Shown: in pieces, positions 46,735-58,437 of the stretch | How the letters are laid out: every line of letters begins with the position of its first letter | How positions within the stretch are numbered: the first letter of the stretch is position 1 | Source of the DNA: Gemmatimonadota bacterium | Lineage (GTDB): Bacteria; Gemmatimonadota; Gemmatimonadetes; Gemmatimonadales; Gemmatimonadaceae | Direction of reading: 5' to 3' | Assembly: GCA_031372565.1 (NCBI GenBank) | Contig: JANMLN010000151.1 | Location: 1-64,000, forward strand | Length of the DNA stretch: 64,000 nucleotides | Position numbers and translations under genes: made by a program | The notes under the pieces: generated by a model | What the model was told of the DNA's origin: nothing | Database searches by the model: none | Seen by the model: the letters and a program-made list of their open reading frames with translations, nothing else

Positions 46735-48345
46735 TCACGCACGACGCGCGCGATCGGCCTCCCACTCGATGAACGGTCCGTCGAAGTCGACCAGGCGCGT
46801 GCCGTCGAACCACCAGACGCGCGTGGCGACTTCGCGCAGGAAGGCGCGGTCGTGGCTCACGAGCAGCACGGTCCCCTCGTACTCGCCCAGCGCGTCCTCG
46901 AGCACCTCGATGTTCTCGACGTCGAGATGATTCGTGGGCTCGTCGAGTACCAGCAGATTCGCGTTCGACAGCGTCATCAGGGCCAGCGCCATGCGCGCAC
47001 GTTCGCCACCGCTCAGGGAACTGATCTCGCGGAAGACCTCGTCGCCGGTAAAGCCGAACGCACCCAGATGGTTCTGCACCTGACCGCGATTCCAGAGCGG
47101 CCGCTGGGCGTTGATCGCGTCGGAGAGGGACATGCGGAGTGGCAGGTCGGCCAGGTCCTGCCGGAACCAGGCGGGCGTGATCGAGCGGCCCACGTTCGCC
47201 TCACCACCGGCCGGCGTGCGATCGCCAAGAATCGTGGAGATGAAGGACGACTTGCCCGCACCGTTGGGGCCCACGAGCGCCACAAAGTCGTTGCGTCGAA
47301 GCACAGCCGAGAACGGCTCCACGAGCACGCGCCCGGGCACTTCCACTTTCAGTGCGTTGATCGCGATCACCTGGTCGCCGCCGCGTTCCGTGACCTTGAA
47401 CTCGAGCGACATCGCCGCCGGATCGCCCGGCGGAGGCGCCAGACGCGGCAAGCGCTCCAGCCGCTTGCGCTTCCCCTTCGCCTGGAACGAGTTCACCCCT
47501 GCGAGGTTGCGCATGATGTACTCGCTTTCCTTCTTCACGTACGCGCGCTGCTTCTCCAGCTCGCGCTCGCGGGTGAGACGGCGTTCGGCGCGCTGCGGCA
47601 CGAACTGGCTGTAGTTCCCCTTGTACGACTCGCTCGTGCGTGCTTCCACGTGGAGGATGTGCGTGCAGATCGCGTCGAGGAAGGCGCGATCGTGCGACAC
47701 GACAAGCACCGTCTCGTCGGCCTCCGTGAGCCACTCCTGCAGCCAGGTGGTGGTGTCGAGGTCGAGGTGGTTGGTGGGTTCGTCAAGCAGCAGCAAGTCG
47801 GCGGGCGCGATGAGCTGCGCCGCGAGGCCGACACGTCCGCGCTCGCCACCCGAGAGCGACGACACCAGCCGCGATTTCGACTCCTCCGCGTCGAAGCCGA
47901 GCCCTTGGAGCACCGCATCGACACGGGCGTGGTACACGTAGCCCCCGAGATCGGCGAAGCGCTCCTGATCGTGCCCGAACCGTTCGAGCACCTCGTCCGT
48001 GACCCGGTCACCCAGTTCACCCAGTGCCATCGCCTGCTCGGCGATGCTCTGTTCGAGCGCGATCACCTCACGCCACGCCGCCGCACCAGCCTCCCAGACG
48101 GTGGTGGCGCCCTCGAAGGCCCGATGCTGGTCGAGGAGGGCATGCCGAAGTCCCGGCTTGCGCGCGACGCTCCCGGTTGTGGGCTGCAGGTCACCGGTAA
48201 TGACGCTGAAGATCGACGTCTTGCCGGCGCCATTGCGTCCGATGATGCCCCACCGCTCGCCCTCGGCCACGGTGAACGTGATGTTCTTGAGGAGCTCGGT
48301 CGCTCCGAAGGAGATCCCGATGTTGGAACAGGAGAGAAGGGTCAC
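46735..48345 (-). CDS. ABC-F family ATP-binding protein
   Basis: Two ABC domains (GRNGAGKT, GPNGAGKS, LSGGE x2, DEPTNHLD x2), no transmembrane segments. Confidence 0.93.
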   Translation of the reverse strand: MTLLSCSNIGISFGATELLKNITFTVAEGERWGIIGRNGAGKTSIFSVITGDLQPTTGSVARKPGLRHALLDQHRAFEGATTVWEAGAAAWREVIALEQSIAEQAMALGELGDRVTDEVLERFGHDQERFADLGGYVYHARVDAVLQGLGFDAEESKSRLVSSLSGGERGRVGLAAQLIAPADLLLLDEPTNHLDLDTTTWLQEWLTEADETVLVVSHDRAFLDAICTHILHVEARTSESYKGNYSQFVPQRAERRLTRERELEKQRAYVKKESEYIMRNLAGVNSFQAKGKRKRLERLPRLAPPPGDPAAMSLEFKVTERGGDQVIAINALKVEVPGRVLVEPFSAVLRRNDFVALVGPNGAGKSSFISTILGDRTPAGGEANVGRSITPAWFRQDLADLPLRMSLSDAINAQRPLWNRGQVQNHLGAFGFTGDEVFREISSLSGGERARMALALMTLSNANLLVLDEPTNHLDVENIEVLEDALGEYEGTVLLVSHDRAFLREVATRVWWFDGTRLVDFDGPFIEWEADRARRA

Positions 48346-48453
48346 GCGGGCACGGAGGAGTCGGGTGAGATGCGTCGGAGCAAAGGTAAACGCTTCGCGC
48401 GCATCGAAGATCCGGACTGACGGCGTGGCTCGCGAGCGATCAGCCGTCGCTCG

Positions 48454-50904
48454 TCAGCGCACCCACTCGCTCAGCACGCGCCGCGCCGCCGCAAAGTGCG
48501 CGAGCAGCCTCGGATGCTCGGCGCCTCCATACGCCGCAGCCAACGACCTATCGGCCACATCGAGCGCGCGCAGCAGGTCACGTGCAGCGGCAACCTTCGC
48601 ACCGGGCTCCGTGCTGCCCACCCGGTCGATCCACACGGCCCCCGTGTGCGCGAACGCGTACGAATCCATGGCAGGCCACGCGCGCGTGGGCGCGCCGGCC
48701 ACGCGCGCCGCAACCCATCCACCGACTGGAAGCTGCACCGTGCCCGTGTAGCGTTGTGAGCCCGGCGCAGCGAGTCCGCCCAGCTTCTCGACCACCGCAC
48801 CGTTCACGATGATCTCCACGGTGTCGACGGCGACCGCCGAGTGGAGGCCGAGGGTGTACGACGCCGTCCCGCTGCCGCGCTTGATCACCTGGCCCGGTCC
48901 TGCCGTGCCCACGTGAAAGTCGAGCATCGGACCGGTGGACACGACGCTCCGCCCCGCCTTGAGCGCGGCAAAGTAGCTGTTCACATCGCTGGGCTTGTCG
49001 GGATGCACGTACACGCGCGTCGTGCCAATGGCCATCGTGCGGTAGAGATTGTTCATCACGTCCGTCCCGGCCGTGATCGCCATCGGAATGCCGGCGTTGA
49101 GCACGCGGTACCACAGATCGGTCGAGCCGCGTTCGTCGCTCCAGAGGCAGGCGAGTTCGATCGCGTCGAGCTTTCCGAGGACCGCGTCGGCCACGAACCC
49201 CGTGGGAATGCCGCGCGGGTCGTCGGTGGCAAACGGCCCGCTGCCGGACACCGGATGCACGTACGTGTTCAGGCCACCGTGTGCCCTGGCCCACTCGAGC
49301 GCCTCGGCGTTCGGACGATCATCGCGGTCATGCACGTCATATCCCGTCGGCCCCCAGATCCACGGCCAGAAGAGCGCAGTCGCGTTGAGGAGCCCCACAT
49401 GCCCGAAGAAGTGCGAGCGCACCTCCTGACTCCAGATGATCCACGGCTTTGCCTTCACATGCTTGTACGCGAAGAGCGGCTGATCCTCGAAGCGCTGCGC
49501 CAGATTGGCGAGCATCGGCGTCAGCACGTCCAGCTCCTCGGCGAGTCCCATGGTGATGAGCGCATCGGGCTCGAGCACGTACGGGCCGCCATAGTTCAGG
49601 TGGAAGTGATGTTCGCCGGACAGCCAGCCATTGGCGCGCGCGTTCCAGACGGGCGACATGGTGACCGTCACGGTGCGCGTCTCGCCGGATTTGAGGGTGA
49701 CATGCTCGCTCGCCGCTGGCGTGGCGATGCCGCGCACGGCGGTCACGTCGATGTCACCCGCGGGTACCGTGAGGGTCTCCACGCCGTCGCTGTAGAAGAA
49801 GGCGATGCCGTTCTGGCCGTCGAAGCGGATCTGTCCGTTGTCCGGCACCAGCGGATGTCCCTTCATGCCCGTGACGGCCAGTCGTGCGGGCACGGGGACG
49901 CCCGATGCGAGCTTGGTGATGACGCGAAGCTGCGCGGTCGGCGCGTCCCAGTCCCATCGCTTCACGGCGACGTCTTGCGCGACGCCGCCGTTGACGGACA
50001 CGCGCGACAACACCATGTGCTGCTGGGCGTCCGCGTGCGCAAACCAGATCGTGCCGCCGTCGGCGCTGAAGGCCGGCGCGAGCGGGAGCAGCTTGGGTGC
50101 GCGCACGAGCTGCAGCGCGGCGCCGTTCTTGAGCGCGCTGGCGAGGCGCAGTTCGTAGCCCTCCTGCGACGGCCAGGTGAGCGCCAACTGGCGACCATCG
50201 GGATGCAGCGCGGCGCGCGTCATGCTGATGATGCCGCCCGAGGCGAGCAGGATGTCGGCACCGGTCGCGAACGTGACGCGGCGGAGCTGGTCGTCGCCGC
50301 CGCGCGTCTTGGCCAGATACACGAGCGCGGTGCCATCACGCGTCGGCATCGGCTGGAGTTCGTTCACGCCCATCGTGGTGGTGAGCCGCGTGGTCGCGCG
50401 CGTGGCGAGGTCGACCTTCCACAGGTCGAGATCGCCGGCGATGGCAGACGCATAGTAGAGCGCCGTCCCATCGGGGCTGAACGCCGGATCAAGCACGATG
50501 GCGGCGTCACCGACGATGCGCGTCTCGGCGCCCGAGGCGAGATCGATCAGCATGATCGCGAGCGCGCGGCCGTCGTCGCGCACGAAGGCGATGCGGCCGC
50601 CGTCCGGACTCCACGCCGGGCGCGCGTCCATCGCGCCGCCCTTCGTGAGGCGCTTGGCCGTGCCCGATACCGGATCGAACACCCAGAGCCAGCCGCGCGA
50701 TGCGAAGGCGATGCGCTTGCCGTCGGGGGCCGGCGCGGGGTCCATCGGCCCGTTCGTGAGGATCGGGAGCTCGTAGCCCTCGAGGTACACGTGGTGGCTC
50801 AAGCCCGCGATCTTCGGATAGCGGTTGGCCCATTGCGCGGAGATGGGCAGGGCGGCGAGCGTCGCCAGCGCAACGACCAGGACAGAGCGAAGACGCGGAA
50901 TCAT
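48454..50904 (-). CDS. TolB-like beta-propeller fused to a PHP-like (CehA/McbA-type) metallohydrolase
   Basis: Repeated PAWSPDG-type units; GEHHFH, HVG, YVHP, AGTD, RVYV. Confidence 0.8.
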   Translation of the reverse strand: MIPRLRSVLVVALATLAALPISAQWANRYPKIAGLSHHVYLEGYELPILTNGPMDPAPAPDGKRIAFASRGWLWVFDPVSGTAKRLTKGGAMDARPAWSPDGGRIAFVRDDGRALAIMLIDLASGAETRIVGDAAIVLDPAFSPDGTALYYASAIAGDLDLWKVDLATRATTRLTTTMGVNELQPMPTRDGTALVYLAKTRGGDDQLRRVTFATGADILLASGGIISMTRAALHPDGRQLALTWPSQEGYELRLASALKNGAALQLVRAPKLLPLAPAFSADGGTIWFAHADAQQHMVLSRVSVNGGVAQDVAVKRWDWDAPTAQLRVITKLASGVPVPARLAVTGMKGHPLVPDNGQIRFDGQNGIAFFYSDGVETLTVPAGDIDVTAVRGIATPAASEHVTLKSGETRTVTVTMSPVWNARANGWLSGEHHFHLNYGGPYVLEPDALITMGLAEELDVLTPMLANLAQRFEDQPLFAYKHVKAKPWIIWSQEVRSHFFGHVGLLNATALFWPWIWGPTGYDVHDRDDRPNAEALEWARAHGGLNTYVHPVSGSGPFATDDPRGIPTGFVADAVLGKLDAIELACLWSDERGSTDLWYRVLNAGIPMAITAGTDVMNNLYRTMAIGTTRVYVHPDKPSDVNSYFAALKAGRSVVSTGPMLDFHVGTAGPGQVIKRGSGTASYTLGLHSAVAVDTVEIIVNGAVVEKLGGLAAPGSQRYTGTVQLPVGGWVAARVAGAPTRAWPAMDSYAFAHTGAVWIDRVGSTEPGAKVAAARDLLRALDVADRSLAAAYGGAEHPRLLAHFAAARRVLSEWVR

Positions 50905-50939
50905 GACACGGGGTGCGGAGGAATCAGGCGCAGCGAAGC

Positions 50940-51830
50940 TCAGGGACTGACGCGCGTGCCGGTGCCGATGAGATCGTCCTTCGAGTTACGAATCTCGAAC
51001 GACACCGCCTTGCCCTCCTTCGCGGTGAACTCCCACACCATGTCCGAGTCCATCTCCCACACCTTGCCGTCGATGATGATGGCCGTGATGAACCAATCGT
51101 CATTGATGCGCACCATCGGCTGCCCTTGCACGCGACGATACCAGTCGGGGAACGGCGTGTGCGACTGGCGCATGTAGGTGCCGTCGTGCGTGAACGTCAC
51201 GCGCATCACTTTCCTGTCGTTGGGATCGTTCCACGTCCACTCGTAGGTGCCGAGGTACGGCGCGGCGGCGGCGCGCGACACGGGAATGGGATGCGACGGC
51301 TGCACGGTGGCGTTGAGGCTCACGCGCTTGGGGCCCCACGCGAAGAGCAGCTGCACGCCATCGGCGCGCACCTCGGGGAACGACCAGGTCAGGATGTCGG
51401 CGGGCGGCCCCGCCGTCGGGCGCACCGTCCAGCGGACCTGATCCTTTGTCGAGTCCGGCACTTCCATGTGAAAGCGCTGGAAGCGCGGATCGAGGATGAC
51501 GGTCCAGTCACGCGGGCCCACCACGAACCAGACCGAGTACTTGCCCTTCGGTACGGCGTGCCCGTCGAGCGTGGCGTCGCGACTGACCTCGAGGATCGTG
51601 GCCCAGTTGGCGCCGGGGGTCCAGACCTCGCCCATCGTGACCGTCTTGCCAAAGAGCTCGGTGCGTCCGCGCGCCTGCGGGCGGAAGTACGTGATGGTGA
51701 ACACCGTCCCATCGACGGTCTGCGAGACGACCGCTTTCTCGGAGGCGCGGACCTGCGCGCGAAGCTCCTGAACAGTGCCCGCGACACACGCGACCAGCGC
51801 GAGGCCGAGTCGTGCGGTGCGGAAGATCAT
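50940..51830 (-). CDS. DUF2911 domain protein with C-terminal extension
   Basis: ITYFRPQARGR..FG..V..GEVWTPGAN; signal peptide. Confidence 0.85.
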   Translation of the reverse strand: MIFRTARLGLALVACVAGTVQELRAQVRASEKAVVSQTVDGTVFTITYFRPQARGRTELFGKTVTMGEVWTPGANWATILEVSRDATLDGHAVPKGKYSVWFVVGPRDWTVILDPRFQRFHMEVPDSTKDQVRWTVRPTAGPPADILTWSFPEVRADGVQLLFAWGPKRVSLNATVQPSHPIPVSRAAAAPYLGTYEWTWNDPNDRKVMRVTFTHDGTYMRQSHTPFPDWYRRVQGQPMVRINDDWFITAIIIDGKVWEMDSDMVWEFTAKEGKAVSFEIRNSKDDLIGTGTRVSP

Positions 51831-51846
51831 GGGCGTGATCATCGGC

Positions 51847-52269
51847 TCACCCGAACTTCGCATCAATGCCCTTCCGGATCTCGTCGAGCGACTTGCCCGA
51901 CTTGTGCAGCCGGTGCGCCAGTCGCGCCTGCGACTGACAGATCTCGCAGTCGGAGGCCATCATATCCGGCGTCTCGAAGCAGGAGAGGAGCGAGTAATAC
52001 GCCTTGCCATCGGTGCAGCCACACTGGCACTTGATCCCGTCGAGAATGGCGGGAATCTCCCTCGCCTGCTCGAAGGCAGGGATGGCCTTGGGGCTCTTCA
52101 CGAGCTGCGCGTTGGTCGCGATCCTGGCCGCGGACGCGCCAGCCCGTGGCGCGGGGTGTGGGCCTCCCCGTGGCGTGCGGGTGGTGGCGTGCACGGCGGC
52201 GGGGAGCACGGGCACCAGCGCGAGTGCGCTGAGGGAGGAGAGAAACTGACGGCGGGACGGCTGCGGCAT
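51847..52269 (-). CDS. PCYCGC-motif-like Cys-rich protein, Tat-exported
   Basis: SRRQFL; KCQCGC...SLLSCF...CEIC. Confidence 0.8.
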   Translation of the reverse strand: MPQPSRRQFLSSLSALALVPVLPAAVHATTRTPRGGPHPAPRAGASAARIATNAQLVKSPKAIPAFEQAREIPAILDGIKCQCGCTDGKAYYSLLSCFETPDMMASDCEICQSQARLAHRLHKSGKSLDEIRKGIDAKFG

Positions 52270-52360
52270 CGCGGCTCCGGAGCGGAAGAGGCGGCGTCTC
52301 CTGACTCCTGAGAAGGTAGCGCGCGACCGACACATCGCCACCGAGCTTACTGTCTGCCTT

Positions 52361-53978
<1,618 letters not shown>

Positions 53979-54077
53979 CGGAGTCGGTCGTGGAAGTGGG
54001 GCGGGCGGTGCGTGCGCACCGAATCCAGAAAGCTAACGACGCGCGACCCGTCGTTCAGCGTCCCCCGCGCCGGACCG

Positions 54078-54581
54078 TCAGGCTGGTGGAGCGTCGGCGC
54101 CGTACCAGAGGTTCGCCGAGCTCAGCTCCTCGCGTCCACCGGCCTTGAGGTAGACGAAGAGCTGCGTCTTGTACGCGGCCACGCCCATGAGGACCAGGGT
54201 CACCAGAAACGAACCGATGGTCGTCTGCGATCCGTCGAAGTCCGTGAAGGCGTTCCGGAAACGGGTGTCTGGAACGTCGGCGAGCAACGCCTCGTAGCGC
54301 TCCGACTGCGCGTCGATCGCCGCGACGGCCGCGTCGAAATCCAGCGCCTTCGCACCCTCCTCGGCGGCCGTCCAGAGCTCGATGTCGGGCGGCTCGCTGA
54401 GCGCGTACTGCACGAGCGTCGGACCCATCATGCTCAGATAGCGCACCAGCTCGAGCGTACTCCGCTGCTTGGGCGAGGGGCGGTAATCGAGTTTCGCGCG
54501 GTCCACCTTGCCACAGAGGTGCAGCAGGATGCGGACTTCGTGCTGCAGCGAGCTGATGAGTTCGGACTTCGAGAGGACCAT
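54078..54581 (-). CDS. DinB-like hypothetical protein
   Basis: LDYRPSPKQRSTLELVRYL and AYKTQLFVYLKA resemble the DinB fold without the His ligands. Confidence 0.7.
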   Translation of the reverse strand: MVLSKSELISSLQHEVRILLHLCGKVDRAKLDYRPSPKQRSTLELVRYLSMMGPTLVQYALSEPPDIELWTAAEEGAKALDFDAAVAAIDAQSERYEALLADVPDTRFRNAFTDFDGSQTTIGSFLVTLVLMGVAAYKTQLFVYLKAGGREELSSANLWYGADAPPA

Positions 54582-54655
54582 GGAGGGCATTGATCGGCTA
54601 TGGAGTGAGCGTGCCAGCGGGGGCGCCAATCGCGGCGCGCCCCGGTCCCGGGACT

Positions 54656-55135
54656 TCAGCCCGCGTCGCCGATCAGCGCGTCGATGCCGGGCCAGGCCAC
54701 CCCGTTGAAGCGCGCGATCGTGCGGAGATAGTGCAGTCCGTCCTCGCCGAACTGCGCACGCACCACGCCGGCGGCCTTGGCCACCATCTCGGCCGACGTG
54801 TACGGCACCTCGAGCTTCTCGTCGATGGAGCCGCCCTCGTGCTTCACGCCGGCCGCATCGAGAAAGGCGATCTGGATCTCGGGGCGCATCTCGAGGTAGA
54901 GCGACTGCAGGAGATCGATCTCGTCGGAGGCCGACTGCGCATTCAGGCGCACGATCTCGCGGGCCAACTGGTCGCGCGACCAGCCGCTGACGGTCACGGC
55001 GCGAAAGCCGCCGCCCCGCGCCACGATCCGGGCGATGAAGAGCGCGCGGCTTTCCTTGCGCGTGGTGAGCAGGTGCGTGACGATCGCGAGGCGACGGTCC
55101 GCAGGAAGCGAGCGGTAGAGGGATGTCTGGGCCAT
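54656..55135 (-). CDS. Hypothetical protein (159 aa)
   Basis: Coding-like composition; divergent from the fumarase gene. Confidence 0.75.
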   Translation of the reverse strand: MAQTSLYRSLPADRRLAIVTHLLTTRKESRALFIARIVARGGGFRAVTVSGWSRDQLAREIVRLNAQSASDEIDLLQSLYLEMRPEIQIAFLDAAGVKHEGGSIDEKLEVPYTSAEMVAKAAGVVRAQFGEDGLHYLRTIARFNGVAWPGIDALIGDAG

Positions 55136-55230
55136 CTATCAAATCTGGCGAGACGATGGCCGTTATGACATCCCGGGTGCAGCCAGTCCGGCGGGCGACG
55201 CACCACGCCGGGCCCGAGTATCTTGAAAAC

Positions 55231-56754
55231 ATGGCTACCATCCGACAAGACGACTTCATCCAGTCGATCGCCGACGCGCTCCAGCACATCTCCTACTTCC
55301 ACCCGCTGGACTACATCCACGCCCTCGCGGACGCGTACGAGAAGGAGCAGGGCCCCGCGGCCAAGGATGCCATCGCGCAGATCCTGACCAACTCGCGGAT
55401 GTGCGCCGAAGGGCACCGGCCCATCTGCCAAGACACCGGCATCGTCGTGGTCTTTCTCAAGGTCGGGATGAACGTCCGCTGGGACGCGACCATGAGCGTG
55501 CAGGCGATGGTGGACGAAGGGGTGCGCCGCGCGTACCTGCTTCCGGAGAACGTCCTGCGGGCGTCGATCGTGTCGGACCCGGCGTTCGGTCGCAAGAACA
55601 CGCGCGACAACACGCCGGCCGTGGTGCACATGGAGCTCGTGCCCGGTGATGTCGTCGACGTGAAGGTCGCGGCCAAGGGGGGTGGCTCGGAGAACAAGTC
55701 CAAGTTCGCGATGCTCAACCCGAGCGATTCGATCGTGGAGTGGGTGCTCAAGACGGTGCCGCTCATGGGCGCCGGCTGGTGCCCGCCAGGGATGCTCGGC
55801 ATCGGGATTGGCGGATCGGCGGAGAAGGCGATGCTGATGGCCAAGGAGTCGTTGATGGAGCACATCGACATGGCGCAGCTCAAGGAGCGCGGTCCGCAGA
55901 ACAGGATCGAGGAGCTCCGCATCGAGTTGCACGAGAAGGTGAATGCGCTGGGCATCGGTGCCCAGGGACTCGGTGGCCTCAGCACCGTGCTCGACGTCAA
56001 GATCTTCGACTATCCGACGCACGCCGCGTCCAAGCCGATCGCGATGATTCCCAACTGCGCGGCCACCCGGCACGCGCACTTCACGCTCGACGGGAGCGGC
56101 GTTGCGCAGTTGCCCATTCCGAAGCTCTCGGACTGGCCGACCGTGACGTGGAAGCCGGACGTGAACGCCAAGCACGTCGACCTCGACACGCTCACGCGCG
56201 AGGTCGTGACGTCATGGAAGGCGGGCGACCGGTTGCTGCTCAACGGCAAGCTGCTGACCGGGCGCGATGCGGCCCACAAGCGCATCGCCGACCTGTACGC
56301 GAGCGGGGAGGGGCTGCCGGCCGGCGTGGACTTCACGAATCGCGTGATCTACCACGTGGGGCCGGTCGATCCGGTGCGCGATGTAGCCGTCGGCCCCGCG
56401 GGCCCGACGACGGCCACGCGCATGGACAAGTTCACCGAGATGATGCTCGAGAAGACGGGGCTGATCGCGATGATCGGCAAGGCCGAGCGTGGACCGACGG
56501 GGCTCGAGGCGATCCGCAAGCACAAGGCGGCCTACCTGATGGCGGTCGGCGGCGCGGCGTATCTCGTGTCGAAGGCCATCCGGTCGTCACGCGTGGTCGC
56601 GTTCGAGGACCTCGGCATGGAAGCGATCTACGAGTTCGACGTGCACGACATGCCGGTGACGGTCGCGGTGGATGCGGCGGGGTCCAACGTGCACGAGACG
56701 GGACCGCGGGAGTGGGCGGCGAAGATTCGCCAACTGCCGGTGCTCGCGGGGTGA
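55231..56754 (+). CDS. Fumarate hydratase class I (Fe-S)
   Basis: PICQDTG, KGGGSEN, GWCPP, NCAATRH, GPTTATRMD. Confidence 0.95.
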   Translation: MATIRQDDFIQSIADALQHISYFHPLDYIHALADAYEKEQGPAAKDAIAQILTNSRMCAEGHRPICQDTGIVVVFLKVGMNVRWDATMSVQAMVDEGVRRAYLLPENVLRASIVSDPAFGRKNTRDNTPAVVHMELVPGDVVDVKVAAKGGGSENKSKFAMLNPSDSIVEWVLKTVPLMGAGWCPPGMLGIGIGGSAEKAMLMAKESLMEHIDMAQLKERGPQNRIEELRIELHEKVNALGIGAQGLGGLSTVLDVKIFDYPTHAASKPIAMIPNCAATRHAHFTLDGSGVAQLPIPKLSDWPTVTWKPDVNAKHVDLDTLTREVVTSWKAGDRLLLNGKLLTGRDAAHKRIADLYASGEGLPAGVDFTNRVIYHVGPVDPVRDVAVGPAGPTTATRMDKFTEMMLEKTGLIAMIGKAERGPTGLEAIRKHKAAYLMAVGGAAYLVSKAIRSSRVVAFEDLGMEAIYEFDVHDMPVTVAVDAAGSNVHETGPREWAAKIRQLPVLAG

Positions 56755-56794
56755 GCCCTCGGGCGAGGCCGCGGCGCATGCGCGCGCCACGGCC

Positions 56795-57727
56795 TCACCG
56801 CCCCGCGGCTCGCCTCGCTTCGTATGCCGTGAGGTGCGTGTACGCCGCCGCCAGCAATGCGTCGTCAATGCCGTGCGCACGCGCTCGGCGCAGCATCCAC
56901 CCGACGATGTGATCGGCCTCGACCCGGTTGCCCGCCTCGAGATCGCGCAACATCGATGCCGTGAGCGTGCTGCGTTCGTTGGTGAGCACCTTGCGCGCGC
57001 CTGCCGTGGCCTGCGGACGCGGAGCGAACCCTTCGGCCGTCGCGATCGCGATATTGCCCTCGTGCAGCCGGACCGCTGCGTCGTGTCCTCCGTCCGCGCG
57101 CATGATCTCGCCGACGTTGGCGCGGAAGAGGCAGGTGAGGGATGCCAGCGCAGACAACACGACGATCTTCTCCCACATGTCCTGCTCGATGCGGGGCGAC
57201 AACTCGGTGGTGAGCTTGGTCCGCTCGAGCAGCGCGGCGAGCGCCAGGGCCTTGGGCGAGGGCGCAGGCGGAGCGCCCCGTTCGCCGAACACGACGCGCT
57301 GGAACCCCGCCTCATGACGCACGGTGCCATCGGCGTCGAGCGAGACGGCCATCGCGCAGGTGCCACCCCACACGTGCGACGCGCCGAAGCGCGCATCAAG
57401 CGCATCGAGGTGCGCCATGCCGTTGAGCAGCGGGAGCAGCTGACAGCTCCCGTCCATGGCGGGCGCCACATCGGCCATGGCCGACTCCAGGTCGTACGCC
57501 TTGCACGTGAGCAGCGCGACGTCGAAGCCGGGCGTGAGCTTGGCGGCATTCACGGTCTGCACAGGAAAGGCGAGGTCGCCCAACGGGCTGACGACACGCA
57601 GTCCGTCGCGCGCGAGCTGGGCCGCACGGCGTTCGCGCACGAGGAAGGTGACGTCGGCCCCCGCCTCGATCAGCCGAGCCCCGACGTGACCGCCGATACC
57701 CCCCGCGCCGATGATCAGGATGCGCAT
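56795..57727 (-). CDS. panE: 2-dehydropantoate 2-reductase
   Basis: GAGGIGG, CKAYDL, LLNG, MWEK, ASMLRD..G..E. Confidence 0.88.
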   Translation of the reverse strand: MRILIIGAGGIGGHVGARLIEAGADVTFLVRERRAAQLARDGLRVVSPLGDLAFPVQTVNAAKLTPGFDVALLTCKAYDLESAMADVAPAMDGSCQLLPLLNGMAHLDALDARFGASHVWGGTCAMAVSLDADGTVRHEAGFQRVVFGERGAPPAPSPKALALAALLERTKLTTELSPRIEQDMWEKIVVLSALASLTCLFRANVGEIMRADGGHDAAVRLHEGNIAIATAEGFAPRPQATAGARKVLTNERSTLTASMLRDLEAGNRVEADHIVGWMLRRARAHGIDDALLAAAYTHLTAYEARRAAGR

Positions 57728-57728
57728 G

Positions 57729-57968
57729 TCACTCCGTGCGCGTCGAGCGGACATGATCGAGATACATCGCTTCGACCTTCGTGCGCGCCCACGGCGTGCG
57801 GCGCAGGAACTTGAGGCTCGACGACACGCTCGGATCACTCGTGAAGCACTGGATCTTCACGCGCCGCCCCATCCGCTCCCATCCAATCGCGGCCACGAGT
57901 TCATTCAGCATCCGCTCGAGCGTGACGCCGTGCAGCGGATTGGTGGGGTGCGCCTTGGGCGACGTCAT
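57729..57968 (-). CDS. VF530/DUF2132 family protein
   Basis: NPLHGVTLE...CF..DPSVSSSLKFLRRTPWAR.KVE. Confidence 0.92.
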   Translation of the reverse strand: MTSPKAHPTNPLHGVTLERMLNELVAAIGWERMGRRVKIQCFTSDPSVSSSLKFLRRTPWARTKVEAMYLDHVRSTRTE

Positions 57969-58076
57969 GGATGCGCGCGACGGGAAAGGGGCCTCGCGAC
58001 GAGCGAGTGTCCGTCACAACATAGCGGACGACGGGAGACCATCGCGCGGCTCGGCGTGCGTGGCGTGACGTGCGCG

Positions 58077-58286
58077 CTACCGGCCGAGCTTCGGCTTCCA
58101 GAGTGCCGCGTCGACGATCGACCAGAGATGCACGGCCCATCCCAGCAGGAAGAACCAGAGAATGCCCGCCAGCACGAACTGGAAGCCGGCCATGAACACG
58201 CGCCCCTGGATCAGCTGCCCGAGCCCCGGAATGAAGAAGCTGCAGAGGGCCGCAATGACATTGCCTGTGGAGCCTTGACCGCTCAT
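58077..58286 (-). CDS. Small membrane protein (69 aa)
   Basis: GNVIAALCSFFIPGLGQL motif; hydrophobic. Confidence 0.8.
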   Translation of the reverse strand: MSGQGSTGNVIAALCSFFIPGLGQLIQGRVFMAGFQFVLAGILWFFLLGWAVHLWSIVDAALWKPKLGR

Positions 58287-58437
58287 GGAGTGCCTCGAGG
58301 GAAGCGGGGGAGGGGGCCAGCGCGCACAGCAGCACGCGGGGGCCTCCATTCCTACGGGGCGGGCGGGTCCCGTGATTCACTCCGGGCTCGGCGCGGCCGC
58401 CCTTGACCGGAGCGCGGCGGGCCGGGACCTTCTCGCC

